Of a stretch of 32,000 bases of DNA, positions 1-8,492 are shown one piece after another (within the stretch, counting starts at the first letter, position 1; each line of letters starts with the position of its first letter). The notes under the pieces are model-generated. The model saw nothing but the letters and a program-made list of their open reading frames with translations. It did not search any database and was not told the DNA's origin. The stretch spans positions 1,230,001 through 1,262,000 of the forward strand of contig JBAZVE010000001.1 in NCBI GenBank assembly GCA_041661045.1, read 5' to 3'. The DNA comes from Candidatus Saccharimonadota bacterium (lineage in GTDB: Bacteria; Patescibacteriota; Gracilibacteria; UBA1369; 2-02-FULL-48-14). The position numbers and the translations under genes are program-made.

Positions 1-183
1 ATTACTAACGTTATAAAAATCAACTAAAGTTAGTTTACCCTTAATGATGTTCTTTGATGTAATCAAAGGGATTCCATCTGTTACTGGCTTAGGCGTAGCA
101 TGTGTGCCATCGCGAACATCAATACATTCAAATGCTTTAGTAATTTTCCATTCTTTTGGTATTGTTGTTTTAATCATAGTCAT
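1..183 (-). CDS. hsdS: Type I R-M specificity subunit HsdS, second copy (N-terminal part only; the gene runs off the left edge)
   Basis: Absent from the ORF track because it has no stop inside the window. The reverse strand from the ATG at 183-181 reads MTMIKTTIPKEWKITKAFECIDVRDGTHATPKPVTDGIPLITSKNIIKGKLTLVDFYNVSN, open to position 1. The pattern P.eW...(x)..DG.H.tP....GiP.i..kNI is the typical opening of an HsdS target-recognition domain. The start lies 10 nt after the stop of the upstream ORF and is on the same strand as hsdM. Confidence 0.6.
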   Translation of the reverse strand, partial: MTMIKTTIPKEWKITKAFECIDVRDGTHATPKPVTDGIPLITSKNIIKGKLTLVDFYNVSN

Positions 184-193
184 TGGCAAAAAA

Positions 194-2008
194 TTATTTA
201 AAACTTTCAAAAATTACCTTCATGTCATCAAAAATAGCTGGTTTTTCTTCCAAGGCAATTTCAACATATGCTTTTCTAACTTTTATCTTATCTTCTTCAA
301 AAATTCTACCGCAGAAAATAGAAAATATTTCTTTCCCTTGAAATTCATTTTTCCAATTATCGCTCGAGAGTGCTGCTTCGAGCCTGGCCTGTTCAGAATC
401 CATCCACTGCTTTAAATTTTCTTCCGACAAATCTGTGGATAACTTGGATATAGAGCTCAGGGTACTGCTAATCATTTCTAATTTTATTGTATCTAAATCT
501 TTTGTTTCTACTGCTCGAATTGTCGATATTTCAAAACCGTGATTTAAAGCAAGGTATTCCTTGGTATTTTGTAGCAAATTTAATTTTAGCGATTCGGTCG
601 CAATTTCTTTGATTTTCGTCTCAATGAAAGTCTGTGTTAGGTCTGTCTTTTTCGCTGTTATACAAAATCTTTCCGCGACTTTAAAAAGAATTTCTGAATC
701 CAGGAAATAATTTTCAAGGTGTCTCTTTTTTAGGCATTTTATTTTACCGCTAGTTTCAACAGTACTTATTTGTTCATCCGAAAGACCATCCCTATCGCGA
801 ATCAGGTAAAGATCTATTCCAAAAATTGAATTTCTTATCTCTTGCTCAAATGCATTAAGAGCAATTAATTTTTCAACGGATCCTATTGGTACAATCTTTG
901 CTTCTGGTAGATATTTTTGTGCAATTGCATGGTAGGTCAAACGGTCTAAACTGCTGCCCTCACCCTCAACAAAAACAAGTTTCTTACCTACAGCAAAGAG
1001 GCCAAGATTCTCTCCAATCAATTGCACGAGTTCTTTATGGCTGTGATTAAGCTCGCTAAGCTTATGTGCTTGGTTTGAACCCGTTTGCACAGAGTCTATA
1101 AAATAAACGTCTCCGGTAGAATAATATGTGGAAATTAAATCAGCAGAGTGCGTTAGGAAGATAAATTGATTCGTATGGTCACCAATGGTTTTTAAAGTTT
1201 CTATTAACTTAAAAGCCAATGTTGGATGTAGATGTAGTTCCGGCTCATCAACAATAATTACGGAATGTTTTATATCTTTTCTCGCAACATCAAAAATCAC
1301 TTTAACGACTTCTTGCTCACCAGAGCTTAGAGAGCTAAACGGTAAAATATTACCAGTGGTGTCTTTATATTGAAATTCTCGTGGGGATTCTGGTTTGATG
1401 TCCTGTAATTCCTTCCCTGGTAATAGTTGCACAAAAATTTCCTTGTACTTATCCAATGGATCAGGATTCTCCTGAATGATTCTTTCACCTTCGCTTGGAT
1501 TTTTCTTTAGCTCGTCTGCAAGTTTTTTATCGCGGACTGCATATTTTTGATAAATATATGTCATGAAATCCTGCCACCTACTTGTAAAGTTCCCATAACC
1601 CCAATTATAGGGGGTGTCCGAGTCATCCGGATCTGATCCGAGCCAATTGACCTGCGGATAGTTCACTGTTTTTATATTTCTGTCGGAGTCAATCTGAACA
1701 AGAGAGCCAACATATCTAGCCCGGCCTCCAAAACGTCGATTCTGTATATACTGCTGTAAAGATTGATTTACTTGTCCTTGTTGAGTGGTAATGGAAGTTC
1801 CTCGAAAGGCAGTAGTTTCCTCTTCCCTTGTGGCTAGCACCGTTAGCGTCAACTGTGAGTCTCCTTGCAAAGTTTGTACTAACGCTCCTTTTAGTCTCGT
1901 TTTCCCCGACCCATTTGCTCCCGCAATTATCACGATATCACCTAAATTTTCAAACTTTAGATTTTTAATCGGCGGAAAATCTTTGATTTCTAGTGACTGT
2001 ATTTTCAT
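194..2008 (-). CDS. Single-chain ABC/SMC-type ATPase fused to a C-terminal TOPRIM/DUF4435-like nuclease domain (OLD-family or fused PARIS AriA-AriB-like)
   Basis: 604-aa ORF. The ATPase half has Walker A GANGSGKT, ABC signature LSSGEQ, Walker B IIVDEPELHLHP and H-loop LTHS. The C-terminal half has LVFVEGEGSSLD (TOPRIM Glu) and LIRDRDGLSDEQ (DxD). It sits in the operon between the dinD-like gene and hsdS2. Confidence 0.75.
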   Translation of the reverse strand: MKIQSLEIKDFPPIKNLKFENLGDIVIIAGANGSGKTRLKGALVQTLQGDSQLTLTVLATREEETTAFRGTSITTQQGQVNQSLQQYIQNRRFGGRARYVGSLVQIDSDRNIKTVNYPQVNWLGSDPDDSDTPYNWGYGNFTSRWQDFMTYIYQKYAVRDKKLADELKKNPSEGERIIQENPDPLDKYKEIFVQLLPGKELQDIKPESPREFQYKDTTGNILPFSSLSSGEQEVVKVIFDVARKDIKHSVIIVDEPELHLHPTLAFKLIETLKTIGDHTNQFIFLTHSADLISTYYSTGDVYFIDSVQTGSNQAHKLSELNHSHKELVQLIGENLGLFAVGKKLVFVEGEGSSLDRLTYHAIAQKYLPEAKIVPIGSVEKLIALNAFEQEIRNSIFGIDLYLIRDRDGLSDEQISTVETSGKIKCLKKRHLENYFLDSEILFKVAERFCITAKKTDLTQTFIETKIKEIATESLKLNLLQNTKEYLALNHGFEISTIRAVETKDLDTIKLEMISSTLSSISKLSTDLSEENLKQWMDSEQARLEAALSSDNWKNEFQGKEIFSIFCGRIFEEDKIKVRKAYVEIALEEKPAIFDDMKVIFESFK

Positions 2009-2054
2009 AAGTAAATTATTAATTCAATTTTTTGCTAACCACTCACTATTTGCA

Positions 2055-2927
2055 CTAATCCTTAAGTAATTTTGCTTTTGTGATTTGAGGTGAAGTCACA
2101 TCAACTTTCAGAGTCTTCTTGCCCCCAATTCTTTTTTTCACTTCGTCTATGTGTTCTTGGGCGGATAAATCCTCGGGCATGGTCCCTCCGATGTCTTTTA
2201 TAGCCTTTCTGACTTTTCCACCCACAATAAAATGGGCTTTTGAGGCACGACTCTCACCAATGGCCTCTCCCTCTTGCAATTTCGATCTTAGCTGTTCATC
2301 AGTCTGAGTTATCCTAAAGAGGTTAGCCGCTAACTCTGTGGCACCAGCTCTATCAAGTATTTTATCGTCACCAATCTGTTTTTGCTCTTGTATTTGTTTA
2401 TTAGTTAGCCCGTATAAGCCCAAATAACCAGCATCATTGAACTTACCGAAATTTCTTACTCCGGAATCCTGGGCTGTTTTGAACAGTTTTTTATTATGAT
2501 TTGTGACCTCATCTCGGGTTAAAAGCCTTTTTTCATCATCCGTTAAGGCCTCAAGGAGTTCTTGTTTCCTGGTTTGAGTGGCAAAATAGGTTTGAGCCAG
2601 CGCAATAGGCTCTTTCGTCGAATCTCCATTTTGAGCAATAAGGTAACAAGCGTACCTGGAAAGCTTATAGTCAGGTATTGACTGAATGGCTCCTTTGCCG
2701 CCTTTTATCACTTTGCTGATGTCGGCAAAGTGATCCTCAACAGGTTGTTCACTTAACGAACATGCAGTTTTTGCTTTTTCGATGACATTCTCAAAATTAC
2801 TCCACTTGCTATATTCTAAAATCACCATCAATTCTCTCGCTTCCCAATATTCCACGCCGTGCTCGTCAACTTTTTTGATGTCTTCAAAACCTTTATTCGG
2901 AGACATAGGGCTTAAATTTTTGATCAT
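2055..2927 (-). CDS. dinD: DNA-damage-inducible protein D (DinD)-like protein
   Basis: 290-aa ORF that can be aligned by eye along most of its length with E. coli DinD as I recall it. Shared segments include W.AReL...LgYS....F..vi.kAk.AC, DHF, LSRYACYL.AQNGD, AQTYFA.QTR.QEL, DEKRL..R.E...HNK.L, TELAANLFR.TQT and GGTMPE.L. Confidence 0.8.
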   Translation of the reverse strand: MIKNLSPMSPNKGFEDIKKVDEHGVEYWEARELMVILEYSKWSNFENVIEKAKTACSLSEQPVEDHFADISKVIKGGKGAIQSIPDYKLSRYACYLIAQNGDSTKEPIALAQTYFATQTRKQELLEALTDDEKRLLTRDEVTNHNKKLFKTAQDSGVRNFGKFNDAGYLGLYGLTNKQIQEQKQIGDDKILDRAGATELAANLFRITQTDEQLRSKLQEGEAIGESRASKAHFIVGGKVRKAIKDIGGTMPEDLSAQEHIDEVKKRIGGKKTLKVDVTSPQITKAKLLKD

Positions 2928-2937
2928 ACTTTATCAA

Positions 2938-4449
2938 TTAAGAAATATTCAACATTTTGAGATGTCCCTCCATCTCTTTTTCCAGCCTTTGAAGTTCTGG
3001 TTCGAGCTTTTTAAGTTCAGCTAGGTTTGCTGCGATGTCGATTTCTTCTTCCTCCTCAAAAGTGTCCACATATCTTGTGATATTCAGGTTGTAGTCATTT
3101 TCTTTGATCTCTGCCAACATCACTTTCCTGGAAAACTTGTCGATTTCTTCACGATTTGCGTAAGTATTGTAGATTTTATCAATATTTTCTTCACTCAACG
3201 AATTTTGGGCTTTACCCTGCTTGAATTCTTTTGAGGCTTCTATGAACAGGATGTCTTTCCTCTTTTCGTTGGCACCGCCTGTTTCTCGTGATCTATCTAA
3301 AATCAAAATGGCGACAGGAATACCGGTTGTTTGAAAAAGTCCGGCAGGAAGACCGATGACGGCGTCAACACTATTTTCTTCTATGAGGGATTGTCGAATT
3401 TTGCCTTCAGCTCCTCCTCGGAATAAGACTCCGTGAGGTACAATTACAGCCACTCGGCCGCTCTTAGCTTTGGCGGTTTCCACCATATGTGTAATGAAAG
3501 CGAAGTCACCTTTATCCTTCGGAGGAACACCACGGAAGAAACGGTTATATTTGTCGTTTTCTGCATTCTCAGCTCCCCATTTTTTGAGAGAGAAAGGGGG
3601 GTTCGCTATTACTACATCAAATTTCATCAAACGATCATCTTCAACAAGTAAAGGGTTGTTTAAAGTATCGCCCCATTCAAGCCTTGTGGAATCCTTGCCG
3701 TGCAGGAACATGTTCATACGCGCCAACTGATAAGTTGAACCGGTGCTTTCCTGCCCATATAAGGCGTAGTTTTTAGATCCCTGCTTTTCGATTTCTTCTC
3801 CAGCCAATAACAGAAGACCCCCTGATCCACAGGCCGGATCACAAATACGGGCACCTTCTTTGGGCTGAGCAAGTTTTGCCAATAATCGTGAAATATGACG
3901 TGGTGTGAAAAACTCACCCGCTTTCTTTCCGGCTTGTGATCCAAATTGACCGATCATGTACATGTAGGCGTTTCCGATCACATCATCGTCCATGCTGCTC
4001 AGATCAATCGTATGAAAGTCATTTATAAGATGGCGAATCATCTTGTTGCGCTGCTCAACTTTTCCCAGAGTCGATTCTGAATTGAAGTCCAAACCGCTAA
4101 AAATTCCTTCAAGTTTTCCTTTATTATTCTCTTCTATTCGGTGCATCACTTTATTCATCTCTTCTCCGATATTGTCTTTTTCGTGAATCGAGTAGATGTA
4201 ATCAAAGGAAGAATCTGGAGGGAGATAGAATCGGCTGGACTTCATTTTCTCCTGAATACGGCCTTCATCATTGCCAAGACGATCTTGGAGTTTTTGATGC
4301 TCCTTCTTTGCAAGATCACTTAGATACTTAAAGAAAAGCATGGCCAAAACATAGTCTTTGTATACCGCAGCATCCAAGGAAGTACGGGAAGAGTCCGCAG
4401 CACTCCAGAGGACTTTGTTTAAATGTTCTTGAGTCGTTGAATCGCTCAT
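2938..4449 (-). CDS. hsdM: Type I R-M N6-adenine DNA methyltransferase subunit HsdM
   Basis: 503-aa ORF with SAM motif I ICDPACGSGGLLL and catalytic motif IV VIANPPFS. The HsdM N-terminal region reads LWSAAD..R......YKDYVL.MLFFKYLSD, and the tail is a coiled coil. The start is 4 nt after the hsdS stop. Confidence 0.93.
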   Translation of the reverse strand: MSDSTTQEHLNKVLWSAADSSRTSLDAAVYKDYVLAMLFFKYLSDLAKKEHQKLQDRLGNDEGRIQEKMKSSRFYLPPDSSFDYIYSIHEKDNIGEEMNKVMHRIEENNKGKLEGIFSGLDFNSESTLGKVEQRNKMIRHLINDFHTIDLSSMDDDVIGNAYMYMIGQFGSQAGKKAGEFFTPRHISRLLAKLAQPKEGARICDPACGSGGLLLLAGEEIEKQGSKNYALYGQESTGSTYQLARMNMFLHGKDSTRLEWGDTLNNPLLVEDDRLMKFDVVIANPPFSLKKWGAENAENDKYNRFFRGVPPKDKGDFAFITHMVETAKAKSGRVAVIVPHGVLFRGGAEGKIRQSLIEENSVDAVIGLPAGLFQTTGIPVAILILDRSRETGGANEKRKDILFIEASKEFKQGKAQNSLSEENIDKIYNTYANREEIDKFSRKVMLAEIKENDYNLNITRYVDTFEEEEEIDIAANLAELKKLEPELQRLEKEMEGHLKMLNIS

Positions 4450-4453
4450 AATT

Positions 4454-5026
4454 TCAAGTGGTTAGAAGTTGGTTTATGGTTCCTTCAGTAATACTTTTGC
4501 TGAGGTCTATTTTTCGGTTTAAAAGTTTTTCTCTTTCCTGCCAATTATCACTTATCTCAATAATCATTTTTTGGATGGCTAATGATGGGACAGGAATGGA
4601 TAACTCTTCCAAGGCTCCTCGCAAAATGGTTTTGATAGTGCTACCCGTAAGAATTTTCTGAATACTATTTTGTCCTGCTTCGGAATTTAGGTAAATGGAC
4701 AAATATTTGGGGAGGACATTTTTGTCTTTAATTTTCAATATAAAGAGTGATGAGGCGGCGATAATACCTTCTGGCTCTTTAACGAAAACCCCTGCCCGAA
4801 AAACTCCTCGTGAAGAGAGAAGAACATCGTTTTTGGTAATAAATGCGTTTGTACGAGGCAAAGTTAAGTTGACGCGGATCAATTCAGGATAATTTATACT
4901 GCCGTCGTCATTTATGTTTTTTGCTAGTAAAACCTGAGTTTCACCCCGAGGATCACTTTTTAGAGCTTCTCGAAAGGTATAGCCTGCTATGATTTCCGAA
5001 ATTTCTTTGAGACATTTACTTTGCAT
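4454..5026 (-). CDS. hsdS: Half-size type I R-M specificity subunit HsdS (one target-recognition domain plus one conserved helical region)
   Basis: 190-aa ORF immediately upstream of hsdM. One TRD-like region (EISEIIAGYTF...) is followed by the conserved helix IPVPSLAIQKMIIEISDNWQEREKLL. It is about half the length of a canonical two-TRD HsdS. Confidence 0.75.
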   Translation of the reverse strand: MQSKCLKEISEIIAGYTFREALKSDPRGETQVLLAKNINDDGSINYPELIRVNLTLPRTNAFITKNDVLLSSRGVFRAGVFVKEPEGIIAASSLFILKIKDKNVLPKYLSIYLNSEAGQNSIQKILTGSTIKTILRGALEELSIPVPSLAIQKMIIEISDNWQEREKLLNRKIDLSKSITEGTINQLLTT

Positions 5027-5032
5027 GCTTCA

Positions 5033-5062
5033 TGTATACAGCTATTACAAAATTAATGTCAA
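5033..5062 (-). promoter_or_regulatory. Candidate sigma70-type promoter of the R-M operon
   Basis: On the minus strand, TTGACA (5062-5057, consensus -35) is followed by an 18-nt spacer and TATACA (5038-5033). The hsdS ATG lies only 6 nt further at 5026, which implies a leaderless or near-leaderless transcript. Confidence 0.4.
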
Positions 5063-5200
5063 TACTTTTCAATGCACACCGTGAGCATACTGCATTTATG
5101 ATGCCTGCTGCGTGAGGTAAATTTCGTCCTTCCAAATTGGTTGGCTGAATCATACAGTACCCACTTGGTTAGGCAACCTTTTAAATGCTACACTTCCCCC

Positions 5201-5959
5201 ATGTCCAAATACTACAATCCTCACCGCACGCGGAATCTCTACGATCCTAAGTCGTCGGAGCCGTTTCGAATCAGTCGCTCTAAAATCGACCTGTTCATAA
5301 AATGTCCGAGGTGTTTTTATTTGGATCGGAGGTTGGGAGTGGGGCAGCCGCCGGGGTATCCGTTTTCGTTGAATTCGGCGGTGGATACGCTGCTGAAGAA
5401 AGAGTTTGATCTGCATAGGGCGAAAGGGACGGCGCATCCGTTGATGGAGGCGTATGGGCTGGAGGCCGTGCCGCTGGTGGATGAGCGAATGGATGAGTGG
5501 AGGGATTCGTTGCGGAGAGGAATTACCTATGAGTTTCCGGGGACGAATCTTGTGCTGACGGGAGGAGTGGATGATGTGTGGGTGAAGCCGGATGGCGAGC
5601 TGCTGATTGTGGACTACAAGGCGACTTCCAAAGAAGAGGAGGTTTCGCTCGATGCGGAGTGGCAGGACGGCTACAAGCGGCAGATGGAAATTTATCAATG
5701 GCTGTTTAGGAGGAATGGCTTTCGCGTTTCGGACACGGGCTACTTTGTGTACTGCAACGGCGACACGGACAAGGCCGCGTTTGATGGGAAATTGGAGTTC
5801 AGCATTAAGCTGATTCCGTATACCGGCGACGATGGGTGGATTGAGGGTGTTGTGGGGGCTTTGTATAAGTGTTTGCAGGGCGGAGAGATTCCGGCATCCG
5901 GCAAAGAGTGCGACTTTTGCGCGTACCGGGAGGCGGTGAAAGGGGTGGAGCACTTGTAA
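5201..5959 (+). CDS. PD-(D/E)XK nuclease, Cas4/RecB-family-like, with four cysteines (CxxC...CxxC)
   Basis: Motifs GGVDDVWV (Asp), LIVDYKAT (D-x-K) and RQMEIYQWL (RecB-family QxxxY). CPRC lies near the N-terminus and CDFC near the C-terminus. I prefer the ATG at 5201 (MSKYYNP...) over the TTG at 5141 used in the ORF track. Confidence 0.75.
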   Translation: MSKYYNPHRTRNLYDPKSSEPFRISRSKIDLFIKCPRCFYLDRRLGVGQPPGYPFSLNSAVDTLLKKEFDLHRAKGTAHPLMEAYGLEAVPLVDERMDEWRDSLRRGITYEFPGTNLVLTGGVDDVWVKPDGELLIVDYKATSKEEEVSLDAEWQDGYKRQMEIYQWLFRRNGFRVSDTGYFVYCNGDTDKAAFDGKLEFSIKLIPYTGDDGWIEGVVGALYKCLQGGEIPASGKECDFCAYREAVKGVEHL

Positions 5960-6018
5960 AACTTTTCCTTACCCATCTCCCCTGCTTGTGTTAAAGTAGG
6001 CACGAGCTTTTTTCACGC

Positions 6019-8481
6019 ATGACTTATTTCATCATTGCACTTGTTGCTATTGGAGGCGTTGCACTCGTTGGGGGCTTCCTTTATTTCCTGCGGGCTGAGG
6101 CGGATCGCAAGCGCTCGCTTTCGATGTCGTTCCTAAAAATTCGTATTCCTAAAAAGGAATCTAAAGAAGATAAAGAGCAGGATACGGAGTCCATGGGTTC
6201 GCAACGGGACTTTAAAGACACACTGGGGGTGATGAAGCAGTTTTTTGAATCTTTGGCTTCGCTGGAAGATGAGACTTGGCGCAAGCATTTTTTTGGGAAT
6301 GATTTCATCTCTTGTGAGTATGTCATTCGCGACAATTTGATCGACTTTTTCTTGGTGGTTCCTCACCACCTCACCACCGTAGTGGAGAAGCAGCTCACGG
6401 CTTTTTATCCGGATTGCTACATTGAAGAAGAGCCCGATTACAATCTCTTTCAAGAGGGGTCTAAGGCCGCTTATGCCACCTTCACCCTCAGCAAGTCTTA
6501 CTCCTACCCCATCCGCACCTATCAACGAATGACGGCGGATCCGCTCAACACCATGACCAATGTGCTTTCCAAGTTGGAGACCTATGAAACTGCAGGCATT
6601 CAAATCATGATTCGCCCCCTACACAACCACTGGCAACACAAGGGGCGCAAGCTGGCTAAAACCGTGATGGAAGATAAACATGAGGGCTTTTTGCACGGCT
6701 TCAATCCTTTGGTTTGGCTTGGAGATATGTTGAATATTCTTTTCCGCGGAGAGGCGGGGAAAGAGCACGAAGCCGGAGGCGGGCGCACCACTTCGGTTTT
6801 GGATGAACAAGTGAAGGCGATTGAGGAAAAAAATACTCAAGTGGGATTTGAAACGGTGATCCGTTTGGTGGCGGTTTCCAATGCCCATAATAAAGCAGAA
6901 GCGCTGCTGCACAGCATGAAGACCGCCTTCGCCCAGTACACCACCACCGACAACAATGCTCTTTCGGCACGGGATAATTATTTGGGGGATTTGGTGCATC
7001 ACTTTTTGATGCGTGACATGAAACGACCGCTGCGCTTCCTCTTTTCAGAGAAAATGATTTTGTGTCCGGAAGAGCTCGCAAGCCTGTTCCACCTCCCCAA
7101 TATTCGTTACAATCGCGCCCCCACCATCAACTGGCAAAATTATAAAATTGCCCCTCCCCCTTCCAACATTCCGGATGAAGGGATTTTGTTGGGACACAAT
7201 ATTTACCGTGGAGTGAAGAAGGAAATCCGCATGAAGAATGAGGATCGTTTCCGTCACTTTTATGTGATTGGACAAACGGGTACCGGTAAATCTTCCATTT
7301 TACAGGTGATGGTTCGCCAGGATCTACAGAATGGCAAAGGGATTTGTGTGGTGGATCCACACGGACAGCTCATCGATGATATTCTTCCGTTCATTCCTCG
7401 AGAACGCGCCGATGATGTCATTTATTTCAATCCAGCCGACCTCGATCGACCGCTGGGGCTCAACTTGCTGGAAGCCGAGACTCCGGAGGAACGCGACTTG
7501 GTGGCCATGGACGCCATGAACATGATGATCAAATTGTTTGATGAAGAAATATTTGGACCCCGCATTCAGGATTATTTTAGAAACGGGTGTTTGACTTTGA
7601 TGGAATACAAAGACGGCGGCTGTCTCACCGATATGGTTCGCCTCTTTACGGATGATGATTTCCAGTATGAGCGTACCAAAGACCTCAAAAACCCCATCGT
7701 GAAATCGTTTTGGGATCAGCAGATGGCCAAGACCGGGGCTCGAGAAAAGCAGGAAATGATTCCGTACTTTGCCGCCAAGTTCGGTCAGTTTGTGACCAAC
7801 GGAATGATGCGTAACATCATTGGGCAAACGCACAGCGCCTTTGATTTTACCGATGTGATGAGCACCAACAAAATCTTGCTCATGAATCTTTCGAAGGGAG
7901 AAACCGGAGACATCAACAGTAAACTGTTGGGTATGATTATTGTGTCCAAGCTCCAAGTGGCGGCCTTGCGCCGGCAGCGGCTTCCCAAAGAGATGCGAAA
8001 GGATTTCTTCCTCTACATCGATGAGTTCCAAAACTATGTGACCGATTCCATTGAAGTGATTTTGTCCGAAGCTCGAAAGTACCGTCTGGGCCTCGCCATG
8101 GCGCATCAGTATTTGGCGCAGCTGGAAGCGGATGGAAAGAAGGGCAAGGGCGTGAACCTGAAAGATGCCGTATTCGGGAATGTGGGAAGCATCATGGCGT
8201 ACAAAATTGGCGCGCAAGATGCGGAGTACATGGCCAAAGAAATGGCGCCGGTGTTCAGTGATCAAGATCTCATCAACATCGATAAGTACAAGGCCGTGAT
8301 GAAACTTTCCATCGACACGCAGCCCTCCAAACCGTTCAGCATTGTTCCGCTGAATCCTTATCTTGATAAGGGCGACCCTGAAGCGGCCGAAGCCTACAAA
8401 CAGCTCTCCCGCCTCAAATACGGCCGCGATAGAGAGTTTGTGGAACGGGAGGTGTTTAGGCGCCTCGGAACTGTCATTTAA
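6019..8481 (+). CDS. Membrane-anchored VirD4/TraG/TraD-like (type IV coupling protein-like, FtsK/HerA-superfamily) ATPase
   Basis: 820-aa ORF with an N-terminal TM helix (FIIALVAIGGVALVGGFLYFL). Walker A is VIGQTGTGKSS followed by VVDPHGQ, Walker B is FFLYIDEFQNY, and RKYRLGLAMAHQYLAQL is typical of T4CP/TraD. Confidence 0.75.
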   Translation: MTYFIIALVAIGGVALVGGFLYFLRAEADRKRSLSMSFLKIRIPKKESKEDKEQDTESMGSQRDFKDTLGVMKQFFESLASLEDETWRKHFFGNDFISCEYVIRDNLIDFFLVVPHHLTTVVEKQLTAFYPDCYIEEEPDYNLFQEGSKAAYATFTLSKSYSYPIRTYQRMTADPLNTMTNVLSKLETYETAGIQIMIRPLHNHWQHKGRKLAKTVMEDKHEGFLHGFNPLVWLGDMLNILFRGEAGKEHEAGGGRTTSVLDEQVKAIEEKNTQVGFETVIRLVAVSNAHNKAEALLHSMKTAFAQYTTTDNNALSARDNYLGDLVHHFLMRDMKRPLRFLFSEKMILCPEELASLFHLPNIRYNRAPTINWQNYKIAPPPSNIPDEGILLGHNIYRGVKKEIRMKNEDRFRHFYVIGQTGTGKSSILQVMVRQDLQNGKGICVVDPHGQLIDDILPFIPRERADDVIYFNPADLDRPLGLNLLEAETPEERDLVAMDAMNMMIKLFDEEIFGPRIQDYFRNGCLTLMEYKDGGCLTDMVRLFTDDDFQYERTKDLKNPIVKSFWDQQMAKTGAREKQEMIPYFAAKFGQFVTNGMMRNIIGQTHSAFDFTDVMSTNKILLMNLSKGETGDINSKLLGMIIVSKLQVAALRRQRLPKEMRKDFFLYIDEFQNYVTDSIEVILSEARKYRLGLAMAHQYLAQLEADGKKGKGVNLKDAVFGNVGSIMAYKIGAQDAEYMAKEMAPVFSDQDLINIDKYKAVMKLSIDTQPSKPFSIVPLNPYLDKGDPEAAEAYKQLSRLKYGRDREFVEREVFRRLGTVI

Positions 8482-8492
8482 CCCCTCTGTTT

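Noticed and set aside
44-415. 123-aa + strand ORF spanning the ATPase 3' end and the hsdS2 start
   Set aside because: It is antisense to two better-supported minus-strand genes, and its Phe/Ile-rich translation is typical of AT-rich shadow frames.
5141-5200. TTG-initiated extensions in the ORF track (nuclease at 5141, and likewise ruvB at 30283-30330)
   Set aside because: In-frame ATG codons downstream (5201 and 30331) give products that begin where the conserved sequence begins. The ruvB extension would also overlap the divergent CPBP gene start.
5150-5953. 267-aa ORF on the minus strand that almost exactly mirrors the PD-(D/E)XK nuclease gene
   Set aside because: Its translation is a low-complexity Arg/Pro/His/Leu-rich string with no motifs. 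The + strand frame carries the full nuclease motif set. Long antisense ORFs are expected in the GC-richer genes.
7324-8265. 313-aa antisense ORF, plus several shorter ones at 6081-7360, inside the T4CP-like ATPase gene
   Set aside because: These are shadow frames of a well-supported 820-aa gene and have no motifs of their own.
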